Shown in pieces: positions 54,433 through 64,000 of a stretch of 64,000 nt of DNA. Both the position numbers and the translations under genes were made by a program. Under the pieces are notes generated by a model that was given only the letters and a program-made list of their open reading frames with translations, had not been told where the DNA came from and made no database searches. Each line of letters starts with the position of its first letter. Positions within the stretch are counted from its first letter, which is position 1. Source of the DNA: Octopus vulgaris (taxonomy: Eukaryota); assembly GCA_951406725.2 (NCBI GenBank), contig OX597820.1:42470001-42534000 (forward strand). Direction: 5' to 3'.

Positions 54433-55698
54433 CATATATATATAAATTTCCTTTCTACAACTAACTATTTAGAATAAGTTTGAGTGCAGAGAACTGTAAG
54501 ATCGAAACAAACAGCACTATGTAAAGCAGCCTTTCAAATAGTTAGCGACTTGTTTTTATATTTCCTAACTTCATGCTAAAGTTTATTAAGAACAGAATTA
54601 TGAGAACTAGGATCATTAGCTTACATTGTATAATAGACGCCTGTTTTTGTCCGTCCGTCCGTCAAGAAACTTATTTCTACGTGACTTGAAAATCATATAG
54701 AAAAAAAATAAATAGTTACCTGATTTATGGGAAATTTCTCTTGAACGATTGAAGGTGTCTGTTTCTTATAACTTTTTATTAGGTGAAACATCATGGGTAG
54801 AGACCGTGCTAAAGATTCATATGATTCCTGAAGAGATTAAGCATGAGATACTTGCTTAGCGAAGAACGCCTTTTCAGAAATCATCTCAGATATTTTGATT
54901 ACTAAAAGTGTATTTTTCTTGAAAGATAAAATAAAATAAAAGGGAGAAAGCGAAAGAGAGAGAGAGAGATGGAAAGTCACTGTAACCCAAGTTATTCACA
55001 CTCTAGTACCTTAATCTCACCATCGTTCGTTTCTTGGCATAAACATCCATTCGGATATAATCTGTTTCTTCGAGTGATTTGTTGATGGGAAACGAAAAAT
55101 GATCATGCATATATCGTGGAAAACAACGTTCAATTAACATAATAGTTAACATATTAATGAAACAATTAATTAATTACACAGTTAATTAAATTTTGGTTGC
55201 ACATACAACCAGCAGAATGGATCATGTGGAGAAAAAAAAGACCGTTCATATTTCATAGTCTTCATTCTAGTTCCATATAACCTGTTCATTGAAAGGTTTC
55301 TAATTATTAGGTCGGGTGGAAATTAAGAGAAAATGAAGGAAAGAGAGTGTGAGGCAGAGAAAAACTTAAAAAACAACAAAAGACAGAGAGAGAGACAGAC
55401 AGACAGAAGAGAAAGAGAGAGAGAGAGTGCGTAAAGGATTGATTGATAAAGAGAAAGTGAGAAGGAGGGGAAACAGAGTTAGTGAAATTAAGTGATATGA
55501 AAGAAATGGAGAGTGTAAGGGACATGTTTTAGTGTAAGATACACAGAAGGAATGAGATTGAATAAGAAGAAATGTGAAAAGAAAATATATAAATAGAGGT
55601 AAAATCGGAACCGAAGTGGGGGAAATACACAAATACACATATGCAGTCACAAAGAGAAGCACACATGCACAAGCGTGCATACTCACACACACACGGAT

Positions 55699-55732
<34 letters not shown>

Positions 55733-56149
55733 ATATACACGCACACACATTCATACACCCACACGTACACACTCATACATACATACGCAGATATATATAT
55801 AGATGAGAAAAACAAAACGGAGAGAGTAGTACAAGACGAGGACGAAAGATAGATAAAAGGAGTTGAGGTGAACATGTACAGAAAGAAAAGTAAGATGCAA
55901 AAGAAAGAAAAAGGATAGAACTTTTCGCAGTATGACGTTTTGCGATGATGACGGTGATGAAAATCGAGAACGCAATAAACAACTGCGAATTTGACTACGA
56001 TAATGTCAAATATATAAACACGCAGTAACGTCTATGATGCTGGTGATTTGCAATTCTTACTACTGCTTTTGTTGTTTTTGATGATGATGATAACGACAGC
56101 CATGACGAATATGACGACGACGACGACGTAGCGGCAGACGAAATACCTA

Positions 56150-56368
56150 TTTCTTTACTACCCACAAGGGGCTAAACACAGAGAGGACAAACAAAGACAG
56201 GCAAACGGATTAAGTCGATTATATCGACACCAGTGCGTAACTCGTACTTAATTCATCGACCCCGAAAGGATGAAAGGCAAAGTAGATCTCGGCGGAATTT
56301 GAACTCAGAACGTAACGGCAGACGAAATACGGCTACGCATTTCGCCCGGCGTGCTGACGATTCTGCCA
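56150..56368 (-). mobile_element. SINE family B variant with LINE-like polyA-signal tail
   Basis: Reverse complement of the family B head and centre, plus tail TTGTCCTCTCTGTGTTTAGCCCCTTGTGGGTAGTAAAGAAA. Confidence 0.88.
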
Positions 56369-56548
56369 AACACACATCTGCGTAATTATGATATAATAAT
56401 GCTAATAATGCTAATAATGATGATAATGAGAAAAATAATGATAATGAAGGTAAAGGTGATGGTGACAATGTGTTTAGTTTCGTATTTTGAACTATTTGAA
56501 TTGTCTGTGTTTACCATTGGTGTTTTGTCTTGTTTTGTTGTATTTTCA

Positions 56549-56755
56549 GGCCGAATCGTTAGCCCGCGGGGCGAAGTACTTAGCGGCATTTCGTCTGTTT
56601 TTACGTCCTGGTTCAAATTCCGCTGATGCCATATTTGCCTTTCACCCTTTCGGGATCGAAAGGATAAGCACCAGTTTAACACTGGGACCAGTGTAACTAT
56701 TTTATTCCCTAACCTGGAATTGCTGGTTTTGTGCCAAAATTTGAAATCAATGTTT
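56549..56755 (+). mobile_element. SINE family B
   Basis: GAATCGTTAGC...CTTAGCGGCATTTCGTCTG...GTTCAAATTCCGC...TTTGCCTTTCACCCTTTCGGGATCG...GTGCCAAAATTTGAAATCAA. Confidence 0.85.
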
Positions 56756-56762
56756 CTAATTA

Positions 56763-57166
56763 GGCGCAGAAGTAGCTGTGTGGTAAGTAGCTTGCTTACC
56801 AACCACATGGTTCCAGGTTCATTCCCACTGCGTGGCACCTCGGGCAAGTGACTTCTACTATAGCCTCGGGCCGACCAAAGCCTTGTGAGTGGATTTGGTA
56901 GACGGAAACTGAAAGAAGCCCGTCGTACATATGTATATATATGTATGTGTGTGTGCTTATGTGTTTGCGTTTGTCCTCCCAACATCGCTTGACAACCGAT
57001 GGTGGTGTGCTTAAGTCCCCGTAACTTAGCGGTTCGGCAAAAGAGACCGATAGAATAAGTACTAGGCTTGTAAAAATAAGTCCTGGGGTCGACTTGCTCG
57101 ACTAAAGGCAGTGCTCCAGCATGGCCACAGTCAAATGACTGAAGCAAGTAAAAGAGTAAAAGAGTA
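56763..57166 (+). mobile_element. SINE family A, full-length
   Basis: Homologous to 16195-16615; (GTAAAAGA)2 tail. Confidence 0.92.
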
Positions 57167-57172
57167 ATTGTC

Positions 57173-57345
57173 AAGGCGGCCATCTGGCAGAATCGTTAGC
57201 ACAGCGGCATTTCGTCAGTCTTTGCATTCTGAGTTCAAATTCAGGATTGCTGAAACAAGTAATAGTTCAGCACTAGTATCGGTGTAATCGACTCTTACCT
57301 TTCCCAGGTACTTGCTGACCTTATGCTAAGGTTTGAAACCAAAAT
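57173..57345 (+). mobile_element. SINE family B, internally deleted
   Basis: CTGGCAGAATCGTTAGCAC...GCGGCATTTCGTC...TTCTGAGTTCAAATT...GTAATCGACT. Confidence 0.75.
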
Positions 57346-59004
57346 TTCAAGTTGCTTTTTCTTACTGAAGATGATGATAATAATGCTGATGCTGAAGAGC
57401 ATGATTTCGATAATTAGTATGGAAATAGCGAAAATGATGATGGTGAGAATGATGAGGAGGAGGATGGTGGTTGTAGTGGTGATGGTGGTAGTGGCGGTGG
57501 CAGTGGTGGTGGTGGTGGTGGTGGTGGTGGCGGCGGTCGTGGTGGTGGTGGTGGTGGTCTATGGTGTCAATGTCAATAAAGACGAGCACGGTGGTGATTT
57601 GAATGATGATAGAGTTGATCATATCGTTCATTTATGATGTTTATATCGGTGTTATGATTTTTATATTGATGTTTGTTATTGAAACCTTTGTTGTTCCCGA
57701 TGTTGCTAGTTTCCCTTACGTTGTTATTTTACTTCAGCTTTCCTGTTGATATCGCATCTTAATTTGTCGTCTATTATTGCCATTAATATTGCTATTACTT
57801 GTAAAAAAAAATTTATTTTCACTTATTGCTGTTTTCTTTAACAAATGAAATAGTTATTTAATGAAAAATAAAATCTTTGTTAACATTGCTGTTGTCGTTG
57901 CTATTTTATATTGCTACTGTTTGTTGCTATCTTTATAATTATTAACGACCAACGCTGTTACATTTCCTTGAGTCATTAACACCGGCTGTTTCTGAAGGTT
58001 TTTGTAAATTTTCTACGTAATTCTCTGGTACTAATTTTCAGTCTCCTTTGAAATACCTTTTCATCTTGCAGCTGTTGCCGTATCTGCTATTTGTATTTAT
58101 TGATAGTTTTGCTGTTGACTTTTCTGTTTTATCCTACTCTGTTTTTTTTTTTTTCTGTTGTTATTCTAATTCACGTTCACTATTTCATCGTTGGTGCCTA
58201 GGTTTTGGTAGTTTTATTTACTGCATATTTTCTCCGAACTCTAGTTGTTTAACCACGGAGGTGTGTGTCCTTTCTCTATTTGAATACTTTGAAGGTGTGA
58301 GTGTGTAAGCGTTGTTCTCCTTGGCTGCGATAAATAGAAGTAGCTGCTGTAACAGCAACTGCAGCAGAAGTAGTAGGAGAAATTATCAGTATTACAGCTT
58401 CTCCTTCGGTCAAGCCTTCAACGACAATTTCAAGTTCCAGATGGAAAGAAGAGTGAGGGTGGGAAAGAAAGTACAGTCTCTCCCTCTTTTCTCTTTATCC
58501 CTCATCTCTCTTTCTCTCTCTCCCTCTCTCTCTCAATCACTCTCTTTCTTTCTTTCTTCAGTGATTTTGTCAAAAGGTGGGTGGTTGTAGTTACAAAATA
58601 TTTAAGCTAAATGGAACAACTCCCTCGATGCATATCTAGATTGGAGAACATCAGTTAAGGAGAACTTGTGCTCTGATCCCGTGGGTTACTTGATTAGCCC
58701 CAGCTGGAGGCTTTTTCTGTATTACGAGGGCTTGGTTATCCATACATTCATATGTTTTGTATACTATGTACATGATTTATATCACATTTTCCCATCTCTC
58801 CTTTTCTCCCATTACACTTTTTGTAATGGTCCTGTTTACATTTCATTTCATGCACTGAGGGAAATAAACACAATCTTTCTTCTCCTTGTTGATATTGTCG
58901 TTGTTGTGGTTGTTTTTGCTGTCGTTGTCGTTGTTGTTGCTCCTCTTCCTCTTCTTCTTCTCCTCCTTCTCCTTCTTCTCCTTATTCCTTTTCTTCCTGT
59001 TTGA

Positions 59005-61740
59005 TATATAACCTACACTGAAATGTGTAACGTTGTGTCAGCTGTTCACAACCCATGAAGTATGGTAATTCTGTTCAAACGCATTTTGAAAATTCTACGG
59101 AGGATCGTGCTGTTCCAACTCTTTTTCGTAGATTATCTTATCTTCACATTGAACCCGGTTTTTTCAATCAAGGCTTTGAGATTGGTACTTATATTTTCAA
59201 AGGTTCCAGCAATAACTGGTACAACACTCGCCTTTTTCAATAATCACAGAATTTTTTTATCTCTCACTTCATATCATCATGTCTGACCTGCTACTGTTCC
59301 TTTTTTTTTTAATACCCTGTCACCACTATGGCAAGTAATATCTATAATTAAACCATTTTCTCTCTTTATTTATAACCGGTATATTCGGTGTTCGATGTTC
59401 AAATTCTTCATCACTTTAGATCAATACATTCCACAGTAACGTTACCTTGATATTCTCGATAACGTCAGGAGTTTTCCATTTCACTTCTTTGATCTATCTA
59501 CGCCAAACTTATCACCGTATTGCGAATTAATCATTCTTAAAATATTATCGTGTCTTTTGCTTGTATTCATTTTGGCCAGTTTTGTACAATTATTCACAAT
59601 ATGCACTATAGTGTAATTTTTATCACGATATAACCTGCATATCATCGCTGACTGCTGTATTTTCAATCCCGTGTAAAATGTCCTAAGTAATTTTTCCCTA
59701 CGCAGAGTTTCTGCCTCAAACTTCAAGTCAATCTACCTTAGCCAGTACTATCATTCTTCGACATCACTATTCGTTCTAACTTTTATCACAAACTGCCTAC
59801 ACATCATTTTCCCATTTTCTTTCGTCTTTGTATCTCATTTTTCATTGTGTTTCTCTCTTTCCATGCCAGTAACTCTCCTGTCTATAGCAGATACTCTCAC
59901 CTGAACTAGCAAGGCTTCTGTAACCCTTGTGGTATACAACCCCAAGCTATTTTCTTCTGAGTTTAACAATTCTCACAGATGATTAACTCACACCCATCTT
60001 TGTAGGTCACTAAGACTATCGGGGTTGGAATGCTCCGAGCATTGTGAGTAGATTTCTCACTTTTTGGTGTAGCTTTTGTAGGCTCTCTTTCTACACATAA
60101 TTCAGTAATTACTCACTCATGTAAATGCTTGCAACTTATTTCTTCCATTCAGCACCAGTCTACTTTTTCGAAGGTGCTCTTATATAAAGCTTATTTTGAT
60201 TTTTTTTTTTTCAGTCACTCGACTCACTTTCAATATGCCTAAGTGTCATCAACCCTTTTCATGATTTCACTTCACGGTAATTCTATACCTTTTCTGAATG
60301 TTGAATTTCCCTTTCAACAACTGTATTACTCCTAGGTATTTCAGACCAAATTCCATTTGATTTTCTTGCAAGACAATGAACTGTGTTCCCTAAAGAACTG
60401 ACTTGAGCTTCGTACTTATACATCTTGAAATCATCTATAATAAATGGTTGATTTTTTTTTTTTTTTTTTTTTTTTTGCTGTATTCCTTTGAACTCACTTC
60501 CTCCGTAACAATGTTAAAGAAAGCGTGCATAAAACAAATAGTAAATGAGGCACGCTGTCTCTTTGAAAAATCCCTTTCTTCATTCTTAACATTTCTTGGT
60601 GTTTCCCACATGATATGAACTCGGTCGTCTCACTTTCTATAAATTTTCTCACGAATCTCTTCACATTCTTTGCAATGTGTTCAAACGTGTTCAAGCATTT
60701 AAAAATCTACCAATTGGGCATCATGTCGTAGGCCTTCCTAAATTTGTCATCCTTCGCTTATAATCTCTCAACATTTTATCTATGAGCAGTCGTTCTTTAG
60801 CTCCCTATCAAATCCGTTTACAGCCCGCCTGCTCAATAGCTACAGTTTTGCTATTCAAAAAAAAAAATGCATGCGTAGGCATAGGAGTGGCTGTGTGGTA
60901 AGTAGTTGCTTACTAAACACATGGTTCTGGGTTCAGTCCCACTGCGTAGCACCTTGGGCAAGTGACTTCTACTATAGCCTCGGGCCGACCAAAGTCTTGT
61001 GAGTGGATTTGGTAGTCGGAAACTGAAAGAAGTCCGTCGTATATATATATGTGTGTCTGTGTATATGTTTGTGTGTCTGTGTCTGTCCCCCTCCCCAGCA
61101 TCGCTTAACAACCGATGCTGGTGTGTTTACGTTTACGAACTTAGCGGTCCGGCAAAAGATATCAATAGAATAAGTACTGGACTTACAAAGAATAAGTCCT
61201 GGGATCGATTTGCTCGATTAAAGGCGGTGCTCCAGCATAGCCACAGTCAAATGATTGAAACAAGTGTGCATTTTACCAGTGATCATTATTAATCGATTTA
61301 GCCCAGAATCGGTCTTCTTCCTGAAATAATTTATTTGGGAAGCAGGTTACTAGTTATAACATTAGATGTCCGTATCATTTCAAGCCATCAACTGCTCAAA
61401 ACGCTTCTCACGGTTTTTGCTGCTCATACGAGTCAACCCTTTTGTAGAAGCTCTACGGAACATTCCATTCCAATCTCGTTTATTCATTTATACATCTCAT
61501 TACTCACAATCCCTAAAAAACTAATTATCACAGGTACAAGTATTACAAATTTCGAGTTCCACATCCTCAATCCTCAAATTTCAAGGGTTGTATTTTTTCA
61601 GCTTTTCATCTGCTTTCTTCAACATCCTGGAATCAAGTAGACATGATGGATCAATCAGTAAGCAAATTTGATTTCCCTTCTCCATTATCGTAATATTCGG
61701 TTTATGTTCTGTCTTCTTACTGTGTGAATTGGAAAATCAT
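59005..61740 (-). mobile_element. Decayed R4/Dong-type non-LTR retrotransposon (RT, zinc knuckle, restriction-like endonuclease)
   Basis: Minus strand EQAGCKR...KERLLIDKM; FRKAYDMMPNW; KKGIFQRDSVPHLLFVLC; INHL..DDFKMY; CRLY...TIVHIVNNCTKLA...RHDNI; HRTPNI; VVPVIAGTL; VGTAR. Interrupted by a SINE; boundaries approximate. Confidence 0.85.
60873..61266 (+). mobile_element. SINE family A nested in the R4/Dong element
   Basis: Full head-to-tail homology; possible TGCAT duplication on both sides. Confidence 0.9.
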
Positions 61741-62910
61741 CATCATCATCATCGTTATCATCATAAGCAACAGCAGCAGTAGCCGTAGCTGTAGTAGTAA
61801 TTCGCTAGTTTATATCGACTTTGATCCCTAATACCTTAGACAAAAATAAAATATCTGGTATAATGTACGACTACAATCATAACGTCTGAAAACAAAAAAG
61901 GATGGCCACGACAGGCAAACGTATCTTCATAGGTCAATCAGTGTTCGCATATAGCAAAACATGCTGACAGTTACTGCTGCTACTGCTGCTGCTACTTTTG
62001 CTGCTGCTGCTACTGATGATGATGATATGTTGATGGTGATGTTGTTTAGCTTTCTCGTTGCTGATTTCTCCGATGTTGTTTTATATTGTTTCACTAATTG
62101 TTACTTCTTATTCTCGTGTTTCTTGATGATGTAGATATTCTTATTACTATTTTATCGTCAACTACACTATTGACGCTACAAATGACGTTACCACTACAAA
62201 CAAATGAACTAGTACCGTTGTCTAATAAATTTTCATGAGTCAACAAAAAAAATGGGCGTTGTATATTAGCTAATCGTAAAACGATCACATGTCCTTCTCG
62301 AACCATAAGCTCATCAGGCAGTTTTCCCGGATTTTGTGGCCACACCTGGGAAGGTGGAGTTGCCGCTACATAAGCAGCCGGCTTTTGTACTTTGTTTGGG
62401 CCTATTTACTAATTTCTTTATACAAAATGGGAAGCTAACATTGATCTTCAACATTGCCTACCGGAATTGTTCCTGTACTGATGTTTTTGCGGATAATGCT
62501 TAACCACCTATCTAAGGAAGATTTAACATTGAGAGAAAACAGTGTTTGGATTATATAATCTTACAGTGGCGTTTTCTCTTGATGGAGCATGCAAAAATAA
62601 GTTTATGTCTTACCTTGCCTCCTAAACCGCTATCAGATGAGATCCGTTATAGTACGAAGCCGTGGCTTCGAAGATTTTATTAGACTATTTTGTTAATCCC
62701 CATCAGTAGGTTTTGTAGGATGGCAGAAATCACTGCTGATGTAGCGTTGTTCTCGTTGGCTGCAAGAAATAAATGTAACAGCAGTAACAGCAACCGCAGC
62801 AGGAATAACAGGAGTAATCATCATTATTACACTTACTTCCTCCCCCCCCCCGCTCTCTCTCTCTGTGTTTTCACTCACACACTTCCCCTCTGCAATATAT
62901 GTCAGCTGTA

Positions 62911-63127
62911 AGGCAGCGAGCTGGCAAAAACGCTAGAACGCCGGGCAAAATGCTTAGGGGTATTTCGTCCGTCTCTACCTACTGAGTTCAAATTCCGCCG
63001 AAGGCGACTTTGCATTTCATCCTTTCGGGGTTGATACATTAAGTACCATTTGCGTTCTAGGGTCGATCTAATCGACTGGTTCTCTCTCCCAAAAAGTCGG
63101 GCCTTGCGCCTATGGTAGAAAAGAATA
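62911..63127 (+). mobile_element. SINE family B, full-length
   Basis: AGGCAGCGAGCTGGCA...CTGAGTTCAAATTCCGCCGA...TTTCATCCTTTCGGGGTTGATACATTAAGTACC...GGGTCGATCTAATCGACT. Confidence 0.88.
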
Positions 63128-63559
63128 TAAGTCAGTCACACATTTTGTTTCGGCAGCAAGTTTATTAGTACCTGTTTCAATATAACAACCAACAAATTAT
63201 CTACTTTCAAGTTGGCCTCTATAGTGACTGAGCCGAAGGGCATTTAGAACATGAGTTACGGCTTTAACAAGTCAATCGTATACGGTAACTCTTGATGATG
63301 CTAAGACATCGTTTCGCTATAGGCCAAATCTCCTGCGCATGAGTAGAATAACAAATGCTGCTACAATCACATACATGAGCAATGTATGTTCGGGTAAATG
63401 GCAATCCTCCTATTTGCTGCCGTTATTTTGTTGCTGCTTTTATTACTGTTGTACTTGCTACGTAGGTTGTTGTTGTTGTTGTTCTTCTTCTTCTTAAGGT
63501 TGACTTCGACGTTGATACAGATCACGGTACTTTCGTTTGTTGAAATTATTGATAGCACT

Positions 63560-63880
63560 AATACTGCGGCTGCTACAGTAGACGATGATGATGATGATGT
63601 CGTCGTTGTTGTTGTAGTTGTTGTTGTTGATGATGATGATGATGATGACGACGACGATGATGATAGTGGTGGTGGTGGTGGTTCTGCTGCTGCTGCTGCT
63701 GCCGATGCTGCTTCTATTTACTGCTTACTGTTGTTTTTGGTGTTTATTGTCGTTAGTCATGATGATGATAATGACGATGATGACGAGATCGACGACGACG
63801 ATGATGATAACGATGACGATAACTGTGACGCCAACGATGAGGACGACGACGACGACTACAACAACGACAACGTTGACAAT
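63560..63880. repeat. Mixed trinucleotide low-complexity field (GAT/GTT/GGT/GCT/GAC)
   Basis: Directly visible; similar fields at 57365-57560 and 58890-59000. Confidence 0.9.
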
Positions 63881-64000
63881 GAGAACTGACTATGCTGACT
63901 GTGTAACGGCTGTGTCGTCGGTGTTAAGAGGCAAGGCAGTAGTAATACTATTTTTCCATCGCTACCTACCTACCTCAAGAGGGAACGAATGAATGAATTA

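Noticed and set aside
56386-57183. Longest ORF in the track (265 aa)
   Set aside because: Antisense read-through of adjacent SINE A and SINE B copies; the same peptide pieces recur at other SINE copies.
62285-62675. Minus-strand CTGATGAGC...GAGA and plus-strand CAGATGAG...CGAAGCC-GT-GGCTTCG
   Set aside because: Cores and stems are incomplete, so no ribozyme can be called.

Overview
AT-rich, repeat-saturated eukaryotic DNA, either intergenic or deep intron. I found no credible host protein-coding gene: almost every ORF in the track is a translation of (TA)n, (CA)n, (TATC)n or trinucleotide microsatellites. The repeat complement points to an octopus (coleoid cephalopod) genome; this is inferred from two abundant tRNA-derived SINE families resembling the octopus CORE-type and Meta/MESC-type SINEs and from the extreme microsatellite density. 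Recognisable decayed mobile elements are: a Ty3/gypsy LTR retrotransposon (LTR, tRNA-Ser PBS, gag, PR, RT, RNase H), three R4/Dong-type non-LTR elements, CR1-like and RTE/BovB-like LINE pieces, a Penelope-like RT fragment, a Tc1 and a DD37D (maT-type) transposon, a Tigger-like MITE and a Helitron-like element. The most notable signals are: (i) small modules carrying minimal type I hammerhead ribozymes, mostly embedded in (TA)n, one with an intact core at 29311-29345; (ii) a ~440 bp helically phased A4-5T4-5 tract at 41832-42270; (iii) a SINE that shares its 3' tail with a LINE-like 3' end elsewhere in the window and appears to have inserted into a copy of its own head; (iv) several unexplained structured-RNA-like islands; (v) two RT YADD motifs abutting on opposite strands. 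All alignments and folds were done by eye and family names come from remembered motifs, not database searches.
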